DNA of 64,000 nucleotides from Octopus sinensis (Eukaryota): assembly GCF_006345805.1 (NCBI RefSeq), contig NC_043000.1, forward strand, positions 136,276,001 to 136,340,000, read 5' to 3'. A program made the position numbers and the translations under genes. Numbering within the stretch: the first letter of the stretch is position 1; each line of letters begins with the position of its first letter. The notes beneath the pieces are model-generated. The model was not told the DNA's origin. It saw only the letters and a program-made list of their open reading frames with translations, and did no database searches. Below, piece by piece: positions 25,321 through 38,100 of this stretch.

Positions 25321-27823
25321 CAGTGAGTGTATCTCTGAGTGTGAGTGTGTATCTGTGTCTGTGTGTCTGTAGAACTGAATTTACAAACAACACAAAAAGT
25401 AAACTACTGAGAACAAGTATAGAATGGAAATCGCGATACAGAGATATTGTTTTCAGCTGAGTTGGGGTGCCAGATTCCCTTGTTCGAAAATATAAGGACA
25501 CAGATCGTGTTGTATAGCCAGCTGGAGACGATGTCTCCTGGGGCTAAATTACAGTAACATTCGTCCTAAACCAGTACTGCCATGTTATGTTGGCAAAAAT
25601 CTTTACTCCAAAGCCAAATTTTTTGTACCTTGAGTTTAATTAAACTGATCTAGTTTCATGTTCTACCATTCATGCTACTAAGAAACAAATCAGCCATTTG
25701 AATGTTTAAATGGATTAATTTTTACTCTCTACTGAAAAAAAAAACCCAGCCACATAAAACTAACTACACTAGCTTATCTTAATACTTACAACTTAAAAAC
25801 TAAATCTTCTTGAAAAATATGTTAATCTTCACATGTTTATGACATTTAATCTTGGACTGCTATATCTAACATTTTACTTAAATTATTCAAATAAAAAATG
25901 TAAATTGATATGTAATACTCTGCACTCTGCTATATATAACCATATATGTTTATAGCCCATAATATGCTGAGATTTTGAGGATAGCCAAAAATAAAAAAAA
26001 TTAATGCTGAACTAAAGTCGTAGAAAATAAGTGGTTGTCTTGTAGGAAAAGGAATGCTATATTATTTATTTGTGATATTTGTGGTGTAAGAAATATGACT
26101 AATATATCAAGAACACATACAAACACTTGGAAATATTTGAAACCTGGAAAAACATTAACCTAAGTCTCCCCAACCATCAACTCTGATATATGAAATAATT
26201 TTATGACAACCTTGTTGTATACCAAATATGTTGCCACATAAAACTTATCTTTCTATGGAAGTGCGTTACCTAGCTACTGAGATATTATACAATTTGATAA
26301 AAAAAATATAAAAGCAGCCCAGTCAAATTATTGCCTTTCTGTTCAGTATCAAATCAATCATAATTTATGTGACCTTATGTGCCTGTGGAAGATTCATGTA
26401 ATTTCTGTCCTTCTAAGTTTCCAACATTATTTTCTCTGCAGTCAATAAAATAATTCTCTTCAGTCAGTAAGTTTTTCTTTTAAGCCAATCACAATATATA
26501 TTTATTTCACCCACTGCAGTTAAAACCCCTGTATGTATTCACTTTGAAAGCAAAAGCAAGGTTTAAAGAACACAAGAAATTTAACAATAAAAAGGAAATA
26601 ATTCCACAGAATACCTTGTATCACCAGGAATATTAAAAAAAAAAAATATTGCTATTGTGAATGATTCAAATACAGCTTGACAAGTAACTGCTGCTTAGAA
26701 ATCTTTATTCAGATCATTCTGAGACACATAATGGAAATATATTTCATGGTTTTCACAAAACGAGGCAAAAGAAATAGTTTGAAATCTTTCAGTATAGTTA
26801 GTTTTGTAAAAAGCTGGATTTGCTGATGTTATCATTTGACATAAAATAACAATCTTGGGAAATAATATTGCAACAGTAAATATCCTAACCACTCCCATTC
26901 CTAAAGGAATTTCCTGTAACTCTGTCAGGGCATCATGAAAAGAGTACAAAGAAAGGGCTTCTGGTTACCTTTTCAACATAGAAGTGTATCTGAAATATTT
27001 TACACAATAGAAAAAAGCACATATGGTTGCAAATCTTTTTACTCAGGAATTAAGCACAAATAGTAAATGTTAGCAAGTTTTGAAGCCAAGGAACACTTTT
27101 TACTTATCATCATATGCTTACCTTTTAATAAATGAATCACACGTGCAATTACAGTACTTAACAGAAAATTCTTTTTCTTCGTTTTTTAATGTTTCTTGTA
27201 TATTTCCCTAATACTGAACATGAGGTTAAATTCTTATCATAAAAGTATCAATATTTTCTCAGGTTTCTCAGCTATATCAAGAATTATTTCCTACCATGTG
27301 TAACATTCCATCTAAGACTTCCAGAAAAAAAAAAAAATGTTTGACTTGCTTAATGGTAATTTCTTGAAATATTCATATAAACGAAGAGTCACTTGACAAT
27401 GAAATATCATTAGCTGAATGCTAAACAATAAATTGTTTGGCAAACCCAGGAAAATATGTTTACTTATTTATAAAACGTTTGATGATGTATTTTTTTTTCA
27501 TTGTTCTGGAACATTTTATTGTAAATAGTACATGAGAACAGAGTTTTAAAAGTATTCAGTAGAGTTGTATTTTGAAATTTTAAGAATTGTACCACGAGAA
27601 CATTAAAAGGAAGAATCACAAAAGTTTTCAATATTCTTCTCATGTCACATGGATTTCCCTTGACTGCAGTGCATTACTTTTTATGATTAATTGTTAGAGA
27701 TAGGATAATGATGGCTTCTACACACTGCAAGACATTGACTAACTGTTTTGTTATGTGTGTAGATATTACATTAACTGAATCAAGTCAAGTATCTTGATTT
27801 GAAGAGTACCAATTACTACATCC

Positions 27824-27913
27824 CACATGAAAAGTACTGTGGCATAGATCTCACATGAAAAGTACTGTGGCATGGATCTCACATGAAAAGTACTGTGGCA
27901 TGGATCTCACATG
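27824..27913. repeat. 28-bp minisatellite, about 3.2 copies
   Basis: CACATGAAAAGTACTGTGGCATGGATCT starting at 27824, 27852, 27880 and partial at 27908. Confidence 0.95.
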
Positions 27914-28187
27914 CAATATGTGGCAGTTGTAAATGTACACTAGAGGAATGGAGTTGTAGCAACAAGGAATACATGTTTGCTATTTCAAGAATCTGACAAG
28001 AACAGAAAAATAAACAACCCATTTAAACAACTGCTACATGCTCATAGTACACATGTATTTATAAAGGATTACAAGATAGTTTGATCTATCTTAACACCCC
28101 AACTTCAATTGTACCAGTGATACATGAAAAACATGAAAAAATTGCCAGCTGCAGCTCATCTGACTTTTGAATCAACAGATTCAACAT

Positions 28188-28591
28188 AGGCGCAGGAGTG
28201 GCTGTGTGGTAAGTAGCTTACTAACCAGCCACATGGTTCTGGGTTCAGTCCCACTGCATGGCATCTTGGGCAAGTGTCTTCTGCTATAGCCCCGGGCCGA
28301 CCAATGCCTTGTGAGTGGATTTGGTAGACGGAAACTGAAAGAAGCCTGTCGTATATATGTATATATACATATGTGTGTGTATGTGTGTCTGTGTCTGTCC
28401 CCCCCAACATCGCTTGACAACCGATGCTGGTGTGTTTACGTCCCCGTCACTTAGCGGTTCGGCAAAAGAGACCGATAGAATAAGTACTGGACTTACAAAG
28501 AATAAGTCCCGGGGTCGATTTGCTCGACTAAAGGCGGTGCTCCAGCATGGCCGCAGTCAAATGACTGAAACAAGTAAAAGAGTGAAAGAGA
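28188..28591 (+). mobile_element. SINE family A, full length, young
   Basis: Consensus-like with CpGs retained. Confidence 0.92.
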
Positions 28592-28925
28592 AATAAAGTT
28601 GACATTCAAATGTCAGATCAGGATGAAAATTGAGAAGAGGAAGCAACAAGATAGTATGAAAAGCTAGCAAGAGCTTGATGACCTTGTAACAAATTAGTAT
28701 CTCACTAAATCTTGGTAAAGGGTAGTTGGTATTCAAATTAAAAGAAAGGAATCTACTGGAGGCAAAGGTGGAATTTTCTAAGTAACGAACAAAGTCTGCA
28801 GCTTTGTCTTATTTCCACTTATTGTCTGAGTTGCTGTGCTTCTATACTGATGTAGGAGGCCTGTTTGGAGTGACTGGTTTCAGACACTCCTGTGATTAAT
28901 GGCATTTGTTAATTGATATACCTAT

Positions 28926-29152
28926 TTCTTTATTATCCACAAGGGGCTAAATACAGAGGGGACAAACAAGGACAGACATAGGTATTAAGTCGATTACATC
29001 GACCCCAGTGCCTAACTGGTACTTAATTTATCGACCCCGAAAGGATGAAAGGCAAAGTCGACCTCGGTGGAATTTGAACTCCCAACGTAACGCAGACGAA
29101 GTACCGCTAAGCATTTCGCCCGGCGTGCTAACGTTTCTGCCAAATCGCCGCC
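28926..29152 (-). mobile_element. SINE family B, full length, young
   Basis: Perfect 17-bp TSD TTAATTGATATACCTAT at 28909-28925 and 29153-29169. Confidence 0.93.
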
Positions 29153-29579
29153 TTAATTGATATACCTATGAAAGCTTGAGAACAGTAGTTCTACAAAAGA
29201 GCAACCATCAGTCATCTATCTCTGTTAGGTATTCCATCCACTTGAAAGAAGAGTACAAAAATATTAAAGGGTTGCTCAAATATGATGATTCTAGTGAGAT
29301 GCATGTATTGATTTTAAGCTGCTAGGATTCTTGTTTAGGTTGCATGGTGGATATACAAAGAACACTTGGTTTTTGTGCTTGTAGATTAGCAGAGGTAGGG
29401 AAAACAATTGTGCAAAATGAAAATAATATAAAAGATCAGCCCTGTAGATGGGTACCCAAAATGTATAGCTCAAACTCTTGTATCTGAGGAGAAAATCCTT
29501 CAACCTCTGCGCCATATAAAATTTTGATAAAACAAATTCTTCATAGCCTTAGATTGTAATAGTGAAGTCTAAGCCATCA

Positions 29580-29905
29580 TATGTGTGATGCTTGGAATGT
29601 TGTCTGATGCAAAATTGCTGTTGGTGTTGCTGTTGAGCGAATGGTCTTCGTCCCGGAGCTCACAAGATGGGAGAAGTCCGAATCAGGGTCCTTTGCTATT
29701 CGTAAGACCCGCAGAAGAGAAAGCAGGTCAACCCCCGACACAGAGAGCATCGACGGATGGATGAATGCACATCCAGGCTCAGCGGTTGCGTATGAAGTTG
29801 GGGACAAGAAACAGGAAGAAAGAGAAAATTGGGGTGAAAGAGTACAACAGGGGTCACCACCACCCCCTGCCGGAGCCTCGTGGAGCTTTAGGTGATTTTG
29901 CTGTT
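29580..29905 (-). mobile_element. SINE family C variant, 5-prime truncated, with a different 3-prime module
   Basis: Shares GAAAGAGTACAACAG..CACCACCCCCTGCC.GAGCCTCGTGG with the 9649 copy, but the 3-prime half differs. Confidence 0.7.
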
Positions 29906-29964
29906 GGTGTATTTGTTGGAGTACAGTTGAAGCAGATGCTTACATCCAAAACTCTGGATACAAA

Positions 29965-30590
29965 AATGACAGTGGTGGAAGAGAAAAACTTGAAATCTAT
30001 TCAAGAATATTTTTCAATGGATTTTCTGGCAACAACAAAGAGAAGAATTAAACAGATCTTACTAAAGAACTTATTGAAAGTCACAAAAGCATTGGAATAA
30101 ATGTCACTGAAGTTGCACTATTTGTTCTCTCACTTGGAATTCTTTCTACCAAATCTTTCTACCAAATTTCTACCAATTTCTACAAATCTTTCTAGAAATT
30201 TCTATCAAATCTGAAGAATTAATTGAAAGTCACAAAAGCATTGGAATAAATGTCACTGAAGTTGCACTATTTGTTCTCTCACTGGGAATTCTCTCTACCA
30301 AATCTTTCTACCAAATTTCTACCAATTTCTACAAATCTTTCTACCAAACTTCTACCAATTTCTACAAATCTTTCAAGAAATTTCTACCAAACCTGAAGAA
30401 TTGATTGAAAGTCACAAAAGCATTGGAGTAAATGTCACTGAATTTGCACTATTTGTTCTCTCACTTGCAATTCTTTCTACCAAAGCTTGGAGCTGTATCA
30501 GAAAGGCATAATGAACGATTCCAATACAACAAACAATTCCTGGTGAAGCAATACTGGGGAAGGTGAAATGAAACAATGACGAGGTGATGG
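29965..30590 (+). pseudogene. Second Chapaev3/CMC-like transposase relic (C-terminal) with an internally triplicated segment
   Basis: KMTVVEE..NGFSGNNKEKN*TDLTKELIESHKSIG, then MSLNLHYLFSHLQFFLPKLGAVSERHNERFQ..QYWGR*NETM. Unit GAAAGTCACAAAAGCATTGG starts at 30076, 30225 and 30407. Confidence 0.8.
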
Positions 30591-31100
30591 GCAATTAAGT
30601 TTGGGACCTGCTTTGAGAAGAAAGTAGAGGTTACAAGAGACAACGATGGTCCAATGTTCACTTTGGTGCTTATTGATATTTTTGATCCATTGTACCACTA
30701 CTGCTATGTTGCATTATTCATGATTGCTCGTTATATTATAATTAATCGATTTCTATAATTATATTATATAATGCAGTTGAAATTACAATAAATTGTATTA
30801 CAATAAATATTGTGTTTTCATGATTATTATGCAAATCTTTGTTCATATATAAAAAAAACAACAAACTAATGTGCTTTTCATATTCAGCATGTCAAATTTG
30901 ATAGCAAAAACACAAACATGGGAGTAAACCAGAACGTTCATAAAAACCTGTTATTTGGTGTTATATTCTCAAATGAACACAGGTATGGTTGATTGGTTAA
31001 GAAGTTTGTTTCACAATCATGTTCTTTTGAGTTCAAATTTTCTGCTTTAGTCCCAGGCCCAACAATACTTTGTAAGTGAGTTTGTTTAGACAGAAACTAT

Positions 31101-31511
31101 ACTCTTTACTCTTTTACTTGTTTCAGTCATTTGACTGTGGCCATACTGGAGCACTGCTTTTAGTCGAGCAAATCAACCCCAGGACTTATTCTTTGTAAGC
31201 CTAGTACTTATTCTATCAGTCTCTTTTGCTGAACTGCTAGGTTACGGAGATGTAAACACACCAGCATCAGTTGTCAAGCGATCTTGGGAGGACAAACACA
31301 GGCACGCAAACACACACACATACATATATATACATATACATATATACGACAGGCTTCTTTCAGTTTCTGTCTACCGAATCCACTCACAAGGCTTTGGTCA
31401 GCCCGAGGCTATAGTAGAAGACACTTGCCCAAGGTGCCATGCAGTGGGACTGAACCCAGAACCATGTGGTTGGTAAGCAAGCTACTTACCGCACAGCCAC
31501 TCCTGTGCCTA
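31101..31511 (-). mobile_element. SINE family A, full length (degraded plus-strand SINE head at about 30980-31100 abuts it)
   Basis: Reverse complement of consensus. Confidence 0.9.
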
Positions 31512-32089
31512 TTTTTTAAAATTTAATTTTATCTAGTTTCAGCTCACGCGCTGTGGCCATGCTAGGGCACAGCCATTTGAAAGCTTGTGAAAGCTTGTTG
31601 CATATATGATCGAATGTTTAAAAAGATTGCTTTGAAACTACATGCTCCTGCTTTGATCCATTACATGATATCATGGACAAATGTCATTTTTTTTTTTTAC
31701 AAATTCAACGTGTCCTGTATTTTACGAGCAAAACTTAGTGGACAGAAACTGTATTGAAGTTCATCGGATGGATTGCCCTTGTAATTCAAAGGCAGAGCCT
31801 TGTTACACACAGTGTCATGTTGCTTGTACCTGGAAATTATGATAAATTTATGTGTGTTTGTGAAATACTTGGTTACTTTTACATTAATTCAACGAACAGG
31901 CAATTTAGCAAATAAATCAGCTTGTTAGCAAAACGAACAGAAATTTATCCACATGCACGTGTGTGTGTATGTGCTAGTGTGTTTGTTTGTGTGTGTATGT
32001 GTATGCATCCTTGTGTTTACATTTCTCTGTTTGGTAATCAGTGTTGGTTTGTTTGGATCTTTGTAACTTAGTAGCTTGGCTCAATCACA

Positions 32090-32283
32090 CATGTGCTGGT
32101 GGCATGTAAAAAGCACCTACTACTACACTCACGGAGTGGTTGGCGTTAGGAAGGTCCATCCAGCTGTAGAAACATTGCCAGATCAGACTTGTGCTTGCTG
32201 CAGCCTCCTGGGTTCCCAGACCCCGGTCGAACCGTCCAACCCATGCTAGCATGGAAAACAGACGTTAAACGATGATGATGATG
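32090..32283 (+). mobile_element. SINE family D, 3-prime part
   Basis: GAGTGGTTGGCGTTAGGAAGG..CAGACGTTAAACGATGATGATG. Confidence 0.85.
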
Positions 32284-32428
32284 AAGATAAGTACCTGGCT
32301 TGAAATAAGCATTGTTGTTGATTTGATTGATTAAAAAAGTTCAAAGTGATACCCCAGCATGGCCATAGTTCAATGAATGAAACAAATAAAAAAATAAGGG
32401 AATAACACCATGATGTCTTTTTTTTTTT

Positions 32429-32820
32429 CTTTTTACTTGTTTCAGTCATTTGACTGCGGCCATGCTGGAGCATCACCTTTAGTCGAGCAAATCGACCCTG
32501 GGATTAATTCTTTGTAAGCCCAGTACTTATTCTATCGGTTTCTTTTGCCGAACTGCTAAGTGACGGGGACGTAAACACACCAGCATCGGTTGTCAAGCAA
32601 TGCTAGGGGGACAAACACATACACACAAACACACACACACATATATATATATATACAACAGGCTTCTTTCAGTTTCCATCTACCAAATCCACTCACAAGG
32701 CATTGGTCGACCCGAGTCTATAGCAGAAGACACTTGCCCAAGATGCCACACAGTGGGACTGAACCCGGAACCATGTGGTTGGTTAGCAAGCTACTTACCA
32801 CACAGCCACTCCTGCGCCTA
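32429..32820 (-). mobile_element. SINE family A, full length
   Basis: Reverse complement of consensus. Confidence 0.9.
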
Positions 32821-33777
32821 TAAGTATATATTTTTTTGTTTTTCTTAACATTAATTTCACTGCAAGCCTGTTGGTAGATGCAAAAGCACAGCCACACATG
32901 CGCAATCTTATATACATGCTCAATCTCACATTAAAACATATTTCAAACAATGAAAAGAACTAAATTAAGAAAATAAAGTGATGTGTTGCTTTATTTCCAT
33001 AAGGAAAGAAATAGAAATCCTGATTGTCATTATACATTTCCTTCCACCCAGAATAGCTGGTTATATTTAAGAGGCCTTAAGAGGGCAGCTGTAATTGAAG
33101 AGGATTCCATAGAGAAAACATCAAAATGATAGTTGGGAATTAAGTGGGACTGCCATAGTAATAATAATGCTGAAAACTAAGATCAATGTTGTAGTAGCTA
33201 TTATCCATTGGGGTCATATACAAAAGAGGGAATAACATTAAGGAAATTTTATTTGCTTGGGGGGAATGACTAATTGATAAGGGGAGGAGTGTATAACAGC
33301 TTAATCAATTGAAAAGCGGAGATTGAACAGGAATAGCGGAAAAAAATTGCAGCTTTGCTGAATTTATTGCTATAACTGCAGGCATATCAAAACTGAAAGG
33401 AGGACTGAAAAACTAATTAAATGATGATAATGATGAGGATGATGGCAGAGATTATGATGATGAAAACAACGATAATAGTGATGATTATTTAAATTAACTA
33501 GTAAAAGCTCTCATGGGGTGGTATACGTCAGACTGTAGCTATGCTGAAGTTCAATTTCAAAGTTGCTTAGCAGAGGATGTCACTTCTAGATATGAAGTGA
33601 TGTAAGGAAAGGTCATCATTGTTTGTCTCCGTATTTGTCTTTCTGTTTGATTATTAGCTTATTGTTTATAACAAATAGTGTCAAAAGAACATGGCTTACA
33701 AAGCCTGCTATTTCATTTGATTCCTGATTGGAATGAACTAAGAAGAAAATACATGGTTGTGTTTTGAAAGTTCACGT

Positions 33778-34176
33778 AGGCACAGGAGTGGCTGTGTGGT
33801 AAGTAGCTTGCTTACAAACCATATGGTTCCGGGTTCAGTCCCACTGCATGGCACCTTGGGCAAGTGTCTTCTACTATAGCCTCGGGCCGACCAAAGCCTT
33901 GTGAGTGGATTTGGTAGACGGAAACTGAAAGAAGCCCGTCGCATATATGTATATATATATATGTATATGTGTCCGTGTTTGTCCCCCCCAAGATCGCTTG
34001 ATAACCGATGCTGGTGTGTTCACATCCCCGTAACTTAGCAAAAGATACCGATAGAATAAATACTAGGCTTACAAAGAATAAGTTCTGGGGTCAATTTGCT
34101 CGACTAAAGGCGGTGATCCAGCATGGCTGCAGTCAAATGACTGGAACAAGTATAAGAGTAAAAGAGTAAAAGAGTA
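33778..34176 (+). mobile_element. SINE family A, full length
   Basis: Consensus match with (GTAAAAGA)n tail. Confidence 0.9.
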
Positions 34177-35027
34177 CCATCTTCATCGCTGTCATCGTTG
34201 TCATCGTTGTCGTCATTGCCATTGTTGTCATCGTCGTCGTCGTCATCATCATCCTCATCATCATTTTACATCCACTTTCCATGCTACCATGGATTGAATG
34301 GTTCATCATTGTTAATGTTGATGATTTCTTTTATCAGTTATAAAATCATTCCCAAGATCCTTTGTGATTTACCACAGAGAACACAAACAGTACTCCATTA
34401 ACAGTTACACTTTATTTAAAAGTAGGATTGGAAATTCTCAGAACATTAGTAGATTAATAGATTTTGGAGAGTTAATGTTCCAAACTTAACATTATGGACT
34501 AATGAATAATATAAAAAAAAAATTCATTCTTGAATGTAGTCATTTATTTCAATGTGACACACAGACACACTCACACACATATTATGTGTATGGGCATCTG
34601 TGCATTTCTTTTACTAATACACATCAGTGAAAAATGTAAACATTGGCAAGGAAACAAAACACACACACACACAAACAGATAATAGTGTTTTTCAAATAAG
34701 TCTCTTGAGGTGTTTGTTCAGCATCAAGTTAGGAACTCCTTTGATATTTTGCCATGAGAAATGCATTGAATCTGTGACCGGCCAATCAAAAAACTTGTAT
34801 AACAATAAACTGAATGTATTAAGTTAACAAAGGAAGTGAAAATTTCAGTTCTTCACAAATTATTTATTGTTTATATAATAAAATCAGATACGATGGCTGG
34901 ATAAAGAAAAACAGGAAAATGAGAAGAAAGTTCTTTTCTTAATGGTGGTTGAAACCAAAAGTTTATTTCATGATGTAATTTTGTATGCAGTTATATAGAT
35001 TTAGTTGGTGTTTAGGAGGACAAATAG

Positions 35028-35150
35028 AGATGGGCTTGCCATATCATGCAAATGAAGGACAACAGATGGACTATCAGGGTGACAGAATGGACCACAAGTC
35101 AATGGAAAATATCAAGAGATCAACCAAAGGCAAGATAGCAAGATAATCTC
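35028..35150 (+). mobile_element. RTE-clade LINE C-terminal relic abutting the satellite
   Basis: RWACHIMQMKDNRWTIRVTEWTTSQWKISRDQPKAR*QDNL resembles RTE W.GH..R..DNRWT..VTEW.P....R.RGRP..RW.D. Confidence 0.8.
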
Positions 35151-35164
35151 ACCTGCTATCTGGT

Positions 35165-38100
35165 CCATTCTCCTCTCAAATCCCCCTCTCTGGAATGTTC
35201 AACATTCCTCCCTCCCCTTCCTCCCCTTCTCCTCTAAAATCCCCCTCTCTGGAATGTTCAGCAATCCTTCCTCCCCTTCCTCCCCTTCTCCTCTCAAATC
35301 CCCCTCCCTGGAATGTTCAACATTCCTCCCACCCCTTCCTCCCCTTCTCCTCTAAAATCCCCCTCTCTGGAATGTTCAACATTCCTTTCTCCCCTTCCTC
35401 CCCTTCACCTCTCAAATCTCCCTCTCTGGAATGTTCAACATTCCTCCCTCACCTCCCTCCCATTCTCCTCTCAAATCCCCCTCTCTGGAATGTTCAACAT
35501 TCCTCCCTCCCCTTCCTCCCCTTCACCTCTCAAATCCCCCTCTCTGGAATGTTCAACATTCCTCCCTCCCCTACCTCCCATTCTCCTCTCAAATCCCCCT
35601 CTCTGGAATGTTCAACTTTCCTCCCTCCCCTTCCTCCCCTTCTCCACTAAAATCCCCCTCTCTGGAATGTTGAACATTCCTTTCTCCCCTTCCTCCCCTT
35701 CACCTCTCAAATCTCCCTCTCTGGAATGTTCAACATTCCTCCCTCACATTCCTCCCATTCTCCTCTCAAATCCCCCTCTCTGGAATGTTCAACATTCCTC
35801 CCTCCCCTTCCTCCCCTTCACCTCTCAAATCCCCCTCTCTGGAAAGTTCAACATTCCTCCCTCCCCTACCTCCCATTCTCCTCTCAAATCCCCCTCTCTG
35901 GAATGTTCAACTTTCCTCCCTCCCCTTCCTCCCCTTCTCCTCTAAAATCCCCCTCTCTGGAATGTTGAACATTCCTTTCTCCCCTTCCTCACCTTCACCT
36001 CTCAAATCCCCCTCTCTGGAATGTTCAACAATCCTTCCTCCCCTTCATCCCCTTCTCCTCTAAAATCCCCCTCTCTGGAATGTTGAACAATCCTTCCACC
36101 CCTATCTTCCCTTCTCCTCTAAAATCCCCCTCTCTGGAATGTTCAACATTCCTCCCTCCCCTTCCTCCCATTCTCCTCTCAAATCCCCCTCACTGGAATG
36201 TTCAACATTCCTTTCTCCCCTTCCTCCCCTTCACCTCTCAAATCCCCCTCTCTGGAATGTTCATAATTCCTCCCACCCCTTCCTCCCATTCTCCTCATAA
36301 ATCCTCCTCTCTGGAATGTTCAACATTCCCCCCTCCCCTTCCTCCCCTTCTCCTCTAAAATCCCCCTTTCTGGAATGTTGAAATTCCTTTCACCCCCTTC
36401 CTCCCCTTCACCTCTCAATTCCCCCCTCTGGAATGTTCAACATTCCTCCCTCCCCTTCCTCCCCATCACCTCTCAAATCCCCCACCTCTGGAATGTTCCA
36501 CAATCCTTCCTCCCCTTCCCCTCTAAAATCCCCCTCTCTGGAATGTTGAACATTCCTTTCTCCCCTTCCTCCCCTTCACCTCTCAAATCTCCCTCTCTGG
36601 AATGTTTAACATTCCTCCCTCACCTTCCTCCCATTCTCCTCTCAAATCCCCCTCTCTGGAATGTTCACATTCCTTCCTCCTCCTCCCCTTCCTCCCCTTC
36701 ACCTCTCAAATCCCCCTCTCTGGAATGTTCAACTTTCCTCCCTCCCCTTCCTCCCCTTCTCCTCTAACATCCCCTTCTCTGGAATGTTCAACAATCCTTC
36801 CTCCCCTTCCTCCCCTTCTCCTCTCAAATCCCCCTCTCTGGAATGTTCAACATTCCTCCCTCCCCTCCTCCCCTTCTCCTCTCAAATCCCCCTCTCTGGA
36901 ATGTTCAACAATCCTTCCTCCTTTTCCTCCCCTTCTCCTCTAAAATCCCCCTATCTGGAATGTTCAACAATCCTTCCTCCCCTTCCTCCCCTTCTCCTCT
37001 AAAATCCCCCTCTCTGGAATGTTGAACATTCCTTTCTCCCCTTCCTCCCCTTCACCTCTCAAATCTCCCTCTCTGGAATGTTCAACATTCCTCCCTCACC
37101 TTCCTCCCATTCTCCTCTCAAATCCCCCTCTCTGGAATGTTCAACATTCCTCCCTCCCCTTCCTCCCCTTCACCTCTCAAATCCCCCTCTCTGGAATGTT
37201 CAACATTCCTCCCTCCCGTACCTCCCATTCTCCTCTCAAATCCCCTCTCTGGAATGTTCAACATTCCTCCCACCCCTTCCTTCCCCTTTCCTCTCAAATC
37301 CCCCTCTGGAATGTTCAACATTCCTCCCTCCCCTTCTCCCCTTCTCCTCTAAAATCCCCCTCTCTGGAATGTTCAACATTCCTCCCACACTTCCTCCCAT
37401 TCTCCTCTCAAATCCCCCTCTCTGGAATGTTCAACATTCTTTCTCCCCTTCCTCCCCTTCACCTCTCAAATCCCCTTCTTGGAATGTTCAACATTCTCCC
37501 AACCCATCCTCCCATTCTCCTCTCAAATCCCCCTCTCTGGAATGTTCAACATTCCTCCTCCCCTTCCTCCCCTTCTCCTCTAAAATCCCCCTCTCTGGAA
37601 TGTTCAACAATCCTCCTCCCCTTCCTCCCCTTCTCCTCTCAAATCCCCCTCTCTGGAATGTTCAACATTCCTTTCTCCCCTCCTCCCCTCACTCTCAAAA
37701 TCCCCCTCTCTGGAATGTTCAACATTCCTCACACCCCTTCCTCCATTCTCCTCTCAAATCCCCCTCTCTGGAATGTTCAACATTCATTCCTCCCCTTCCT
37801 CCCATTCTCCTCTCAAATCCCCCTCTCTGGAATGTTCAACATTCCTCCCACCCCTTCCTCCCATTCTCCTCTCAAATCCCCTCTCTGGAATGTTCAACAT
37901 TCCTCCTCCCCTTCCTCCCCTTCTTCTCTAAAATCCCCCTCTCTGGAATGTTCAACATTCCTCCCTCCCCTTCCTCCCCTTCTCCTCTAAAATCCCCCTC
38001 TCTGGAATGTTCAACATTCCTCCTACACCTTCCTCCCATTCTCCTCTCAAATCCCCCTCTCTGGAATGTTCAACATTCCTCCCTCCCCTTCCTCACCTTC

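Noticed and set aside
26695-26949. 84-aa minus-strand ORF as a coding exon
   Set aside because: It has an upstream in-frame stop, no recognisable motif, and available acceptors do not match the phase of the neighbouring candidate exon.
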